Part shown: positions 19,273 to 29,214 of the stretch, piece by piece
How the letters are laid out: the number at the start of each line of letters is the position of its first letter
How positions within the stretch are numbered: the stretch's first letter is position 1
Assembly: GCA_965207445.1 (NCBI GenBank)
Contig: CBDBLX010000002.1
Span: 736,001-800,000 of the forward strand
Direction of reading: 5' to 3'
DNA length: 64,000 nt
Source of the DNA: Nitrosopumilus sp.
GTDB lineage: Archaea > Thermoproteota > Nitrososphaeria > Nitrososphaerales > Nitrosopumilaceae
Made by a program: the position numbers and the translations under genes
The notes under the pieces: model-generated
Told to the model about the DNA's origin: nothing
The model's database searches: none
The model's input: only the letters and a program-made list of their open reading frames with translations

Positions 19273-21589
19273 GTATTATATCCCCCAATACACTTGACCA
19301 TTCATGACGTGTCTTCTGAACATTTAATCTGGCAATTATATCATTATTTAATACATGTTTAGAATTTACAAATGTGATGTGACTGCCTCCTATCTCACCT
19401 ATATGCTCGTATGTGGCATTTGATGCTGATAACATATTCTTGGCATTATTTATTTTGTTAGCACTTATGATCAGAATATATCTTGAATGACTCTCTGAGA
19501 ACATTACTGTTTCATTATATGTAAAATCATCAATGTTACCATCATTATCACTATTATCATATGCATTGTAATCTCCTGTAGTATCTTCAGTAGAATCATT
19601 ATACTGAAATGGTATCTTTGCAAGATCAACTCTGCATCCTATCCCACTCTCAAGACACATCTCAGATATTGCAACGGCAATACCCCCCTTTGAGCAGTCA
19701 TGTGCAATACTAACAAGCCCTGATCGCTTTATCTGAATTATTGCATCAGAGTTGGTTTTAGATTCTGTATAGTTGACTCGAGGACATCTACCCCCAATAT
19801 CAATACCTCTAACATGGCCATAGTATTCGGATCCTCCCATCTCGTATTTTGTTTTGCCTACTATAATGATATGATCCCCTTTGCAAAGATTCCTTTGAGT
19901 TGTTGTTTGTATTGTATTTTCTGATTTGTCTGATGCTAATGTTGTTGTTTCTGATAAACTTGGTATCAATCCCAACACCGCAATTACTGGAGTTGGTTTG
20001 ATCGGTCCTGATGCAGTCTCATTGTACAGACTGACCTTGCCGCCTATGCATGGTATATTCATCGCTTTTGCAAAATCTGATATGCCATATAATGACTCTT
20101 TGAATGTCCAAAATATCTCTGGATCATTTGGATCTCCGAATTGCATATGATCGAGCATTCCTATTGGTGTTGCACCCGTACATACTACGTTTCTGCATGC
20201 TTCCTCAAAGCATCCTATTGCACCTTGACGCGGATTGATATAACAATGCTTTGGGTTCCCATCCATGGACACTGCCAAGTGTTTGCCATTGTCGAGTCTT
20301 AAAACTGCTGCATCGGCACCGGGCCTGACTGTTGTTCTAATTCCAACCTCATAATCGTACTGGTTGTATACTGACTTGCGACTGGCAATATTTGGTGATA
20401 ATAACAACTTGTGCAATGCGTCAGTAAAATATGTGATATCATGTGATATCATGGATTTTATATGTATATTTTCAATATCACTCAAATATAATGGTCTTTT
20501 AGCAGGCAAATCCAATAGTTTCGCATTTGCGACTAGTTCAGCTGGCATCTTGGCTATTGTATTTTTATCTCTATCTGTTATGTTCATCATTTTATCTGAT
20601 CTAACAGTTCCAATTACGGAACATGTGACTTGAAATTTTGCACATATCTTTTTTATCGTATCAATACCCTTGTCTGCGTCTGTAATTATTAACATTCTCT
20701 CTTGAGACTCTGATGTCATTATTTCTACTGCATGCATGTTGGACTCTCTTGTATGAACTGACATGACGTCCATCTCGATTCCTATTCCTAATGTGTCTGC
20801 TGTCTCTGATATGGCACATGAGAGTCCACCTCCACCTAGATCCTTCATGGCATGTATTACACCTGCATTCCTAATCTCTAGTATTGCCTCTATCAATAAT
20901 TTTTCTATAAATGGATCTGGTATCTGGACTGCTGATCTGTCTTCTGTCTCTAGTGCATCTGATGCAAACTGTGATCCTCCGATTCCATCTCGACCTGTAT
21001 CCCCACCTAGTAACATTACAGCATCGCCTACATTTGCGTGGTTCTTAATCAGTTTGTCACGTTTGCCAAATCCAATTGCTGCCACATCGACCATTGTATA
21101 TCCTAAATAAGATGAATCAAACTCAATCTCACCACCTATTGTTGGTATGCCAAGACAGTTACCATAGTCTGATATTCCACGTATGACGTTCTTAAAGAGC
21201 CATCTTGCTTTTGGATCTATCGTAACATCTCCAAAACGTAACCCATCTAATATTGCAATAGGCCGTGTGCCTGCAGATAAAATATCTCGAATTACGCCTC
21301 CCACACCTGTAGCAGCACCCCCATACGGTTCTACTGCTGATGGATGGTTGTGGCTTTCAATATGTGCTGTTATGACATAGCCGTCCCCAACATCTAGTAC
21401 GCCTGAATCATATCCTTTTTCAGTAATTACAAGTGGTCCATCTGTCGGAAGTATTTTGAGATGCTTTTTTGAAGACTTGTACGAACAGTGCTCTGACCAT
21501 TCTGCGGCTATTATATGTCTCTCTGTATCGTTTGGTTGCCTTTTGAGCTTTGATACTAGATATTCTAGTTCCTCTGATTCTAGACTCAG
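19262..21589 (-). CDS. purL: Phosphoribosylformylglycinamidine synthase subunit PurL, probable CTG start at 21589
   Basis: The frame stays open 95 codons above the ORF-track start and contains WSEHCSYKS and ESHNHPS; also DLGGGG, SESQERM, GGKVSLYN. Confidence 0.93.
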   Translation of the reverse strand: MSLESEELEYLVSKLKRQPNDTERHIIAAEWSEHCSYKSSKKHLKILPTDGPLVITEKGYDSGVLDVGDGYVITAHIESHNHPSAVEPYGGAATGVGGVIRDILSAGTRPIAILDGLRFGDVTIDPKARWLFKNVIRGISDYGNCLGIPTIGGEIEFDSSYLGYTMVDVAAIGFGKRDKLIKNHANVGDAVMLLGGDTGRDGIGGSQFASDALETEDRSAVQIPDPFIEKLLIEAILEIRNAGVIHAMKDLGGGGLSCAISETADTLGIGIEMDVMSVHTRESNMHAVEIMTSESQERMLIITDADKGIDTIKKICAKFQVTCSVIGTVRSDKMMNITDRDKNTIAKMPAELVANAKLLDLPAKRPLYLSDIENIHIKSMISHDITYFTDALHKLLLSPNIASRKSVYNQYDYEVGIRTTVRPGADAAVLRLDNGKHLAVSMDGNPKHCYINPRQGAIGCFEEACRNVVCTGATPIGMLDHMQFGDPNDPEIFWTFKESLYGISDFAKAMNIPCIGGKVSLYNETASGPIKPTPVIAVLGLIPSLSETTTLASDKSENTIQTTTQRNLCKGDHIIIVGKTKYEMGGSEYYGHVRGIDIGGRCPRVNYTESKTNSDAIIQIKRSGLVSIAHDCSKGGIAVAISEMCLESGIGCRVDLAKIPFQYNDSTEDTTGDYNAYDNSDNDGNIDDFTYNETVMFSESHSRYILIISANKINNAKNMLSASNATYEHIGEIGGSHITFVNSKHVLNNDIIARLNVQKTRHEWSSVLGDIIHGT

Positions 21590-22308
21590 TTTGTAGTTGC
21601 ACCTCTTTGCAAAGTCGTATTTTGTGTAATTGTGAGATCTGTCATAGATTTGACAAGTGATTCGAATATCAACCTAGCCGGTTTGCAATCTATTGGATTC
21701 GTATCATATTCTGCTGCTCTTTCAGGATGTGGCATTAGCCCTACTATATTGTAGTCTTTATTACACACTCCTGCTATTTGTTCAACTGAGCCGTTGATCT
21801 CATTTGAATATTTGAATACAATTTGATTGTGTTTTTTCATATCAATTAATGTGTCATCATCTGCATAGTAGCGGCCTTGTCCATTTGCTATTGGGATTGG
21901 TATGTTTTGTCCCATCTGTAAGCAAGAAGTAAATGGCGTATGTGTGTTATTTACAGTTAGATGTGTCCATTGACACATGAATCCTAGTGATTCGTTTACA
22001 AGCAAGGCCCCTGGCAACAATCCTGATTCAACTAGAATCTGAAAGCCATTACACACTCCGAGTATTGGTACATGCTGTGATGCTTGTTGTGTTACATCAC
22101 TCATTATGGGGCTATGTGCTGCAATTGCTCCTGCTCGTAGACGGTCACCGTATGAGAATCCGCCGGGTAGTATTATTGCACTTGTATCTGTAGGCAAGGG
22201 TTTGGTATGCCATACATATTGTACATTTAAATCAAACACATCTTGTAAAACGTGGTGCATGTCACGATCACAGTTGCTACCTGGAAAGACTACGATCACG
22301 ACTTTCAC
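21586..22308 (-). CDS. purQ: Phosphoribosylformylglycinamidine synthase glutaminase subunit PurQ
   Basis: FPGSNCD, PGGFSYGD, GVCNGFQ, MPHPER. Confidence 0.96.
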   Translation of the reverse strand: MKVVIVVFPGSNCDRDMHHVLQDVFDLNVQYVWHTKPLPTDTSAIILPGGFSYGDRLRAGAIAAHSPIMSDVTQQASQHVPILGVCNGFQILVESGLLPGALLVNESLGFMCQWTHLTVNNTHTPFTSCLQMGQNIPIPIANGQGRYYADDDTLIDMKKHNQIVFKYSNEINGSVEQIAGVCNKDYNIVGLMPHPERAAEYDTNPIDCKPARLIFESLVKSMTDLTITQNTTLQRGATTN

Positions 22309-22367
22309 AATGTGTTGTTTGTATGGACGTATTTATTTTGTAGCAGATTTGAGGTTACACACATGCA

Positions 22368-22477
22368 TAATAGTTTCATTAAAGATCCGATAGTTTTCTA
22401 ATATTTTGTATTCATAATATGTGCTCAATTTCAAGATGAATATCAATTAAAATATCGGATCTTTAATCATATCAGTA
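22368..22477 (+). mobile_element. MITE-B copy 2
   Basis: Same 110-bp sequence as 15444-15553; flanks TGCA/AGCA (3/4). Confidence 0.88.
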
Positions 22478-22641
22478 AGCATCTTGGAGCACATACAAGA
22501 CGAAAACATCGCCGCGGTGCCCGACATACATGACATGATAAACGTATTTTATCATTCCACCTAGAATTGGACAAAATTCATCGCCGCGGGCCAGATACAC
22601 ACGAGCGGAATGGTAAATTAGTCGAAACTGAGCGTAATCTG

Positions 22642-23142
22642 CTACGGGGCCCTGACGTTAATGGAATGAGCAAGGACTTCGGGATAAGTGCACGGCATCG
22701 GGTTTTTCGTCTCTGCATCATAGTGCCAGAATTGGATGTATTTTCTGCCTTTCGTATCGGCCGTCCCGAGGTATTTATAAAATGACAAGTACGTGGTGTC
22801 TTGCCCTTGTCCTTCTATGCAACCAAAAGCAAATGTGGTGTTTACCGGATAGTTGTTGACGTACTCGAAGAATTTGGAATGGCCAGATCCGTCGACATAT
22901 GTTCCGTTGAAGATGATGGTCAGGGAATCGTCAAGCTCGTTGTGAAATATCGCCTTCATAAAATATGGATGTATAGTCATGTCAATTGGGATCATGTCCA
23001 AATGGGCAAATGTTGGATCCGTAGATATTGAATTTTTGATCGGCATTGTAAAGGTGTCATGTATGTAAATCGCGTTGTAACCTAGCAGGGCCAGTATGGT
23101 CGCCACCGCCACCACGGATGCCATCACAATCAAAGCTTTCAT
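22642..23142 (-). CDS. Hypothetical exported or membrane-anchored protein in an accessory insert
   Basis: N-terminal hydrophobic segment MKALIVMASVVAVATILALLGY; 166 aa. Confidence 0.65.
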   Translation of the reverse strand: MKALIVMASVVAVATILALLGYNAIYIHDTFTMPIKNSISTDPTFAHLDMIPIDMTIHPYFMKAIFHNELDDSLTIIFNGTYVDGSGHSKFFEYVNNYPVNTTFAFGCIEGQGQDTTYLSFYKYLGTADTKGRKYIQFWHYDAETKNPMPCTYPEVLAHSINVRAP

Positions 23143-23166
23143 TTTAAAAAAAAGGGGGGGTGGGGG

Positions 23167-23370
23167 TTAATTAACCCAATAGTAACTGCCGTCGGACTCT
23201 ACCTTTATTCCCAAAATCCAATCATGCGTTGCTTGTAGGTTCTTGTACGCAGTTGCGCAGGAGTTAATGTTTAGGCCGTCTTCTGTGTATTCGGTTCGCA
23301 GTGTGTTTGCGAGGTATGGGGTTGTTTCGACGCTGTTGATGACATTTTCAGGGCCAGAGTAATTATCACA
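23167..23370 (-). pseudogene. 3' remnant of an accessory (probably secreted) protein gene truncated by the IS66 fragment
   Basis: Open frame ending ...KVESDGSYYWVN* that runs into IS66 sequence; followed by C and T homopolymer tracts. Confidence 0.45.
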
Positions 23371-24327
23371 TGCGGATCCGTAAAAATACATCCAAGCATC
23401 TCGATAAGCGTGTTCTGGCTTTTCTCCCGCACATGCGGCTCGGCGTTAACTCGCTGGCAATCATCCACATCATGCGGTACCTGACGATCTCGTACGACAA
23501 GATCGAAAAACCGTTCTCGATGATGTACCGCCGGAACCTTCCCATCTCCAGGCGCGAGGACGCCGACGCGCTCATGTCGGAGCAGCTTGAGCCCGTGTAC
23601 GACGATCTGATGGCCGGACTCAAGAACGCGGAAATCTTCGGGGGCAACGAGACCGGCTGGTACGAGAACGGGCGGCTGGGCTGGGCGTGGGTGTTCCAGA
23701 CCCCGGACGCCGTCGCGTTCCACCTCTCCGGCTCCCACAGCAAGGCCGTCTCAGAGGTGTTCCTGGGTGATTTTGACGGAATAACAGTGGGGGACTCGCA
23801 TCCTGCATGGAACGCGGTGGGGGGACGCGCTGCAAAAATACCTGCTACACTATTTCTGAGACTTGTACCGCACACTTGACCGCAGCAACAAAGCCGAGTT
23901 CGTCGGGCTCTTCGGCGAGCTGCGCTCCGTACTGAAGTTCGCGGTAAGCCTGCGCGGCAGACACGGGCGCGTCGCGGACATCCTGCGTGGAAGTATAACC
24001 CAGCTGCAGAACCGCATAAACGCGCTTGCGGCCCGAACCTACGCGGACGGCGACTGCAAAAGATACGCAAAGCGCCTGAGGCGGGAGAGAAACTCACTGC
24101 TGACGTTCCTGAGATACGACGGCGTCCCGTACCACAACAATGCAAGCGAGCAGGCCGTGCGGATATTCGCCATAATGAGGAAGATATTCTACGGTTGCAT
24201 GTCCGAAAAGAGACTAAAGACCACGGAGATACGCGAAACCGTATTCGTCATGTACGAGAGGCGCGGGATAAACCCCCACCACAAAACTTGCTCCAACAAT
24301 TATAATTCCAATAAAAATTACGAGTAA
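23370..24327 (+). pseudogene. IS66-family transposase fragment (frameshift near 23870), very GC-rich
   Basis: GNETGW..GRLGWAWVF, GDFDGITVGDSHPAWN, LLTFLRYDGVPYHNNASEQAVR..RKIFYG. Confidence 0.88.
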
Positions 24328-24369
24328 TCTAAAATAGATAAAACATGAATCATGAGTCACATACTTTGT

Positions 24370-24687
24370 CTACTTTTGCGTTGTATGTTCTATAGTTACA
24401 CAAAGTGTACTTGTAATTGGATTGTATATGTGGAGTCTCTCACACACACCTTTGATCTCATTTATGGCTGCATTGGCACTTGCGGATTTTATTGTAAACT
24501 TTAGCATCTTTGCAGTTCGTATGTCTAATATGTGATTGACGTCTGTGTCTTTTCGTTTATCACCATCATCACAATCATATTTTTTTTTCCCTTCCTTTAA
24601 CACAAGATCTTTTAAAATTGTTCTTCCTTCGGGATCACTTAGACCTGATTTGTTCTCTATTGTAGCTATGACTTTGAATTCTTCCAT
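24370..24687 (-). CDS. purS: Phosphoribosylformylglycinamidine synthase subunit PurS
   Basis: IENKSGLSDPEGRTI...IRTAK...IYNP; lies upstream of purQ beyond the insert. Confidence 0.88.
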   Translation of the reverse strand: MEEFKVIATIENKSGLSDPEGRTILKDLVLKEGKKKYDCDDGDKRKDTDVNHILDIRTAKMLKFTIKSASANAAINEIKGVCERLHIYNPITSTLCVTIEHTTQK

Positions 24688-24728
24688 ACATCTGATATGG
24701 TGGCGTATTATCTATATTTTGTTTGTGT

Positions 24729-24810
24729 GTACCCGTTTGGCCTCCATACCTGCGCCAGACGTTAGGCGGTGAATTTGTGCCTAAGTTTGGGAAGGGGTTT
24801 GAACGGTTAT
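24729..24810 (+). mobile_element. MITE-A copy 3
   Basis: Degenerate TIRs and conserved core; perfect 9-bp TSD TGTTTGTGT (24720-24728 and 24811-24819). Confidence 0.88.
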
Positions 24811-24858
24811 TGTTTGTGTCAAATATTGGAATTTATACTAGGAATAAGTTGTGTCATT

Positions 24859-25326
24859 ATGGCAAGAAATAGATCGCGATATTGGAAGTTAGAGCCTAGT
24901 GATATGAACGAGTTAAAGTACGATGAGTCAAAATTATTAAACTGGGAGATAAAATGCACAAAACAACCCGAAGAGGAAGCTCGGTTCATTGGTGTCTTTA
25001 TGTATCGAAATGGAACTCCTTATGATTATGAAGTGATAAAAGGAGTATGTTATTACTATAACAATATTAGTAGAGATGATCTACCTGCTATTACTGCATT
25101 TTTACAAAAACGATTTGGTGGCAAGGCTATGGAAAAGGGTGAGCGCATATTATTATCTGGTTCTACTGAGGTGTATTCGCCCTCTGAGATACGCGATCTT
25201 GCATTGGCGCTGGCATCAGAATTTGATCTCATGCCGATCATATCATTGGAGTTTGAGGGTCCAACACAAGAGGAGTTGAAAGATGCAGGACTGCCAGAGG
25301 CAAAACTCTTACCAATTCCTACGTAA
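24859..25326 (+). CDS. Hypothetical protein upstream of tatC
   Basis: MARNRSRYWKL...; the ORF-track start at 24769 lies inside MITE-A and is spurious. Confidence 0.75.
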   Translation: MARNRSRYWKLEPSDMNELKYDESKLLNWEIKCTKQPEEEARFIGVFMYRNGTPYDYEVIKGVCYYYNNISRDDLPAITAFLQKRFGGKAMEKGERILLSGSTEVYSPSEIRDLALALASEFDLMPIISLEFEGPTQEELKDAGLPEAKLLPIPT

Positions 25327-25344
25327 TTACTACATATTGCGATA

Positions 25345-26148
25345 ATGTCGAATCTTGAAGGGTTTGGTGAGCATGCCGAAGAGCTGCGTAAGAGGGCTGT
25401 TCGTGCTGTGTTGGCAGTTGCCATAATTACGATATTCATACTGACGTTTCATATAGAACCATACCAATTAAACTCAAATATTGTGATATACTATCCTACT
25501 CCACAACCACTAGACAATATCGCAGCTCAAATTACTGGACACTTACGTGACGCACTTGTCCCTGATACAGTACAATTGATCCAGACTGCGCCTGGCGAAG
25601 CATTTTTTGCGCAAATATACATTGCTGCTTTGGTTGGTATGGCCGTTGCAATGCCTATTATCGTTCGTGAGGTTTCCTCGTTTATCGGGCCTGCATTGGC
25701 AGAAAATGAGATACATGTGGGTAGAGCAATATCACTTCCTGCAATAGGATTGTTTGCAGTTGGTTGTCTGTTTTCATATCAACTAGTTGTGCCATACATA
25801 CTGGACTTTTTGTACAGATATGGAGAATCTTCTGGACTGGTGACATTTTTGAATGTTATAGATTTTGTCACGTTTGTTTTACAATTTTTGATTGCATTTG
25901 GCATATCGTTTCAGCTCCCTCTTGGTATGTATGCAATAACAATGTCTGGTATGGTTGATCCTGACTTTTGGAAAAAGAATGCACGATATGCTATAGTAAT
26001 CATTGTAATATTTGGTGCTGTAATAACACCTGATGGGAGTGGTGTTACGATGTGGTTTATTGCAATTCCAATGATCGCATTGTATGCTGCTGGTACATTG
26101 TTTATAATACAAAAAGCCAAGAAATCTCAGAGTACTAGATCTGTTTGA
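25345..26148 (+). CDS. tatC: Twin-arginine translocase subunit TatC
   Basis: EHAEELRKR, PAL..E, FGISFQLP, AVITPDGS. Confidence 0.95.
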   Translation: MSNLEGFGEHAEELRKRAVRAVLAVAIITIFILTFHIEPYQLNSNIVIYYPTPQPLDNIAAQITGHLRDALVPDTVQLIQTAPGEAFFAQIYIAALVGMAVAMPIIVREVSSFIGPALAENEIHVGRAISLPAIGLFAVGCLFSYQLVVPYILDFLYRYGESSGLVTFLNVIDFVTFVLQFLIAFGISFQLPLGMYAITMSGMVDPDFWKKNARYAIVIIVIFGAVITPDGSGVTMWFIAIPMIALYAAGTLFIIQKAKKSQSTRSV

Positions 26149-26283
26149 TCTGTATGTCTATAGATCTCTATTTGGATATTTTTTATAATTATATTTTTAT
26201 ATAATAAAGTGACGTATAATGATTTATAAGCTGTAATGATCATAAACTGTAATGATCTATAAACTATAATGATAATTTAAGAA

Positions 26284-27060
26284 TTATGCCGTTGTCTGTT
26301 GTTCAATAACCCAGTCGTATCCATCTTTTTCGAGCTTGTCTGCTAGTGAAGCGTCACCAGTCTTTAATATCTGTCCGTTTGCAAATACATGAACATAATC
26401 AAGCTTGTCCAAAAATCTGAGTATACGTGCATAGTGTGTAATGACAACTATCGTAGAGTCGACTCCTGAGACTTGACTAATTGCCTTTGCAACTGCCTGT
26501 ACTGCATCAATGTCTAATCCTGAATCTGGTTCATCTAGTATTGATATTTTTGGTTTTAGTACTGCCATCTGTAATACTTCTGCACGTTTTTTTTCACCAC
26601 CTGAAAATCCCTCATTAAGATATCTTGATAGAAACTCTTCTTTCAATCCAACTTTTTCTAAATTCTCTTTTAAATATTTTTGAAATTCACGTACTGTAAT
26701 GAATACCTCTCTGTCATCTCCCTCAAGTGCCTTACTAAGTGAGTTGTATGCAGTCCTCAAAAAGTGTGAAAATCCTACACCTGATACTTCTGTTGGGTAC
26801 TGGAATCCCAAAAACAGTCCTCTTTTTGCTCTCTCATCTGCTGTCATCTCTAGTATACTCTGTCCATCAAGCAGTATGTCTCCTTGTGTTATCTCATATT
26901 TTGGGTGCGCTAGCAATGTGTATGCAAGTGTGCTTTTACCTGACCCATTTGGACCCATTATGGCATGAACTTGTCCTGGACCTGTCTTTAGGTTTACACC
27001 TTTGAGTATCTCTTTGCCGTCTCTATTGACGTGCAAGTCTTTAATCTCAAGTACTGCCAT
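26284..27060 (-). CDS. sufC: Fe-S cluster assembly ATPase SufC
   Basis: HAIMGPNGSGKSTL, FQYP.E..GV, LNEGFSGGEKKR, LDEPDSGLDID. Confidence 0.96.
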   Translation of the reverse strand: MAVLEIKDLHVNRDGKEILKGVNLKTGPGQVHAIMGPNGSGKSTLAYTLLAHPKYEITQGDILLDGQSILEMTADERAKRGLFLGFQYPTEVSGVGFSHFLRTAYNSLSKALEGDDREVFITVREFQKYLKENLEKVGLKEEFLSRYLNEGFSGGEKKRAEVLQMAVLKPKISILDEPDSGLDIDAVQAVAKAISQVSGVDSTIVVITHYARILRFLDKLDYVHVFANGQILKTGDASLADKLEKDGYDWVIEQQTTA

Positions 27061-27259
27061 TATTGCGTATTTTTAGAGTCGATATATAATACAGACGATA
27101 TTTAGCTAATCCTAAGATTGAGTGATTTTTATTGACACATTGCGCTAAAATGACGGGTAATATTAAAATATAATTATATTCATAACATATCCAACAAACA
27201 TGATATTTAGATCAAAAAATAATAAAAAAAAGGATGGTGGTGTTTGTACAACCTTACCT

Positions 27260-28213
27260 TTACGAGTGTTTACCTTTGGCAGATGGCTTTAGTGATATCT
27301 TGATCTTATAATTTGCCAAGATCTCCCTGCACCTGTTTCGTATAGTGACTTCTGTCACTTCAGCTACAGTTGATATCTCTCTCTGCGGTATGCCATGTCC
27401 CAATAATACTGATGACATGTACAGGTATGCTGCTGCTACTCCGTGTGGGGATTTCCCATTCATTAAGGCTGCATTTTGTGTCTTTTTTGCTATCTCTAGT
27501 GCTAGTCTCAGAATTTTTGTGTCAACTTGGATCATGTTTGCGTACTTTGAGATGTATTGGTCTGTGGTTATTGCGGGTGTATTTATCTGCTCAACTTCAA
27601 TTACTATATTACGATAGTATCTTGAGGCTAGTCTGATTTTGGGTTTTTTTGTCTTGCTTGTTTTTGTTGCAATCTCTTCTATTGTTCGGACTACTCCGCA
27701 TTGTTTACAGGCCATATACAGTATGGCTGCTGCCATTCCCTCAACTGACTTGCCTTTGATGCTTGTTTGGCTATCTATATTTCTGTACAGTATGGCTGCA
27801 GTCTCTAGTACTGTTTTTGGAAGGTTGAGGATTTCTGCTGCTGCTCCCATAACTGCGAGTGCAGTGGCCAATCTTCTCTCACTTGGTCCTGCTACTCTGA
27901 TTCGTTTTTGCCAGTTACGGAGACTGTTCATCTGGGCTGCTATGCGACGATCTATCATCTTACCACTAAAGTCTTTTGTACCATTACTGATGATCGTAGA
28001 CACCCCCAAGTCGTGTTGACTGTATGTGTTGTGTCCTGTTGCCCTCGAGTTTTTGAGTTTTTCCTCTAAACTGAAGCCTGCATTTTCTTGATAATCTACG
28101 GTGTGGCTGTCTATAACAATTCCACATCCTGTGCAGATCGTCTCTCCATTCTCTTCGTCGTCTATTAGCACTGAGTTGCACTCTTGACAGAGTTGTTTTT
28201 TTAACATACTCAT
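27260..28213 (-). CDS. tfb: Transcription initiation factor IIB
   Basis: Zn ribbon CQEC..CTGCG, HDLGVST, two cyclin repeats, GKSPHGVAAA, VTEVTIRNR. Confidence 0.94.
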   Translation of the reverse strand: MSMLKKQLCQECNSVLIDDEENGETICTGCGIVIDSHTVDYQENAGFSLEEKLKNSRATGHNTYSQHDLGVSTIISNGTKDFSGKMIDRRIAAQMNSLRNWQKRIRVAGPSERRLATALAVMGAAAEILNLPKTVLETAAILYRNIDSQTSIKGKSVEGMAAAILYMACKQCGVVRTIEEIATKTSKTKKPKIRLASRYYRNIVIEVEQINTPAITTDQYISKYANMIQVDTKILRLALEIAKKTQNAALMNGKSPHGVAAAYLYMSSVLLGHGIPQREISTVAEVTEVTIRNRCREILANYKIKISLKPSAKGKHS

Positions 28214-28539
28214 CTTGTTTCTCTTCTCCTAGTTTTTCGTGTGTTTTGTTGAAATTGTTGACGTTTATTGCTTTTTTGTTGTTGTGGATGGTGATGTTGT
28301 TGTTGTTGCTTGTTATGTATGGCAAAGATCACCTTGCCGACATGCTTTTTGATGTTGTTTGTTAGCGGTATGGCTGATGCAAGAGGATCTCTAGTTGGAC
28401 CTATAAGCTCCATTACCTTTGCCACTCGCGTGCCTGTTTTATCACAGAGTATCTGACCCTCTTCAATAGGCTCATCAATACTTATGATTACTCTACCACT
28501 ACCTGCTATGTGTAGTATTTCGCCAATTTTCTTCAACAC
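28210..28539 (-). CDS. gar1: H/ACA RNP protein Gar1 with a Gln-rich tail
   Basis: IGEILH..SGRVII, VAKVMELIGP..P; typical gar1-tfb adjacency. Confidence 0.85.
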   Translation of the reverse strand: MLKKIGEILHIAGSGRVIISIDEPIEEGQILCDKTGTRVAKVMELIGPTRDPLASAIPLTNNIKKHVGKVIFAIHNKQQQQHHHPQQQKSNKRQQFQQNTRKTRRRETR

Positions 28540-28625
28540 AATTGGTTGAATTGGATTGTTTATGTGATAGCTTGGTCAAAAAGCTTAGAGTTGTTAGTTA
28601 ATTTATTTAGACTTTATTAATTTGA

Positions 28626-28931
28626 TCATTTTTTCTTATTCTTTGCCCTTTTTGCAAGCAGCGCTTTTGATATCATGTCTAGTATGATGCCTTTGGTTTT
28701 GTCTGTTTTTGGAGTTGTGATGTATCCAGATTTGACATGAGATCTCTTTGGCAAACGTGCCTTTTCATTGGTATCAGTAATCTCAAGCCCTGCTGATGTG
28801 GCAGAATCTATCAACTCTTTTAATGATGGATCAAATACACATCTTGCACGGCCCAGTCTGCGACCCTTTGATTTTTTGAGATTCTTGTTAAAATAGTCTA
28901 GCCATACAACAACATGATCGTAGTCTTTCAT
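28626..28931 (-). CDS. srp19: Signal recognition particle protein SRP19
   Basis: VVWLDYFN..K.KGRR...P.L.EL...GL motif. Confidence 0.9.
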   Translation of the reverse strand: MKDYDHVVVWLDYFNKNLKKSKGRRLGRARCVFDPSLKELIDSATSAGLEITDTNEKARLPKRSHVKSGYITTPKTDKTKGIILDMISKALLAKRAKNKKK

Positions 28932-29046
28932 TTCATTCTTGTTTGTTGTTGTGATAATATCTATTTTTTGATTTGTGGTTTAGTGTTTTTATTTGGGATA
29001 TTTACTAAAACAAGGTTTTTATTTCAACACCAACTCAATTGTGTTA

Positions 29047-29214
29047 TTGAGTAGTAAGAAAAAGTCTGCACCTCTACCTGCGTCTAGCGGAGGACTCATG
29101 CGATTTTTTGAAGATGAGACCAAAGGTTTCCGAATAGATCCTCGAATCGTGGTATCGATTCCAATAAGTTTGATTGTCGTATCTTGGGCACTTGAACTCT
29201 TTTTGGCGCCGTGA
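29047..29214 (+). CDS. Protein translocase subunit Sec61beta (archaeal SecG)
   Basis: KKKSAPLPASSGGLMRFFEDE..RIDP plus one TM helix; TTG start inferred. Confidence 0.88.
   Translation: MSSKKKSAPLPASSGGLMRFFEDETKGFRIDPRIVVSIPISLIVVSWALELFLAP

Noticed and set aside
21420..21602. 60-aa ORF suggesting a frameshifted purL
   Set aside because: It is the wrong frame; the true PurL frame is continuous to 21589.
26284..27060. sufC without adjacent sufB/sufD as a broken system
   Set aside because: The gene is intact and partners can lie elsewhere in the genome; this cannot be judged from one window.
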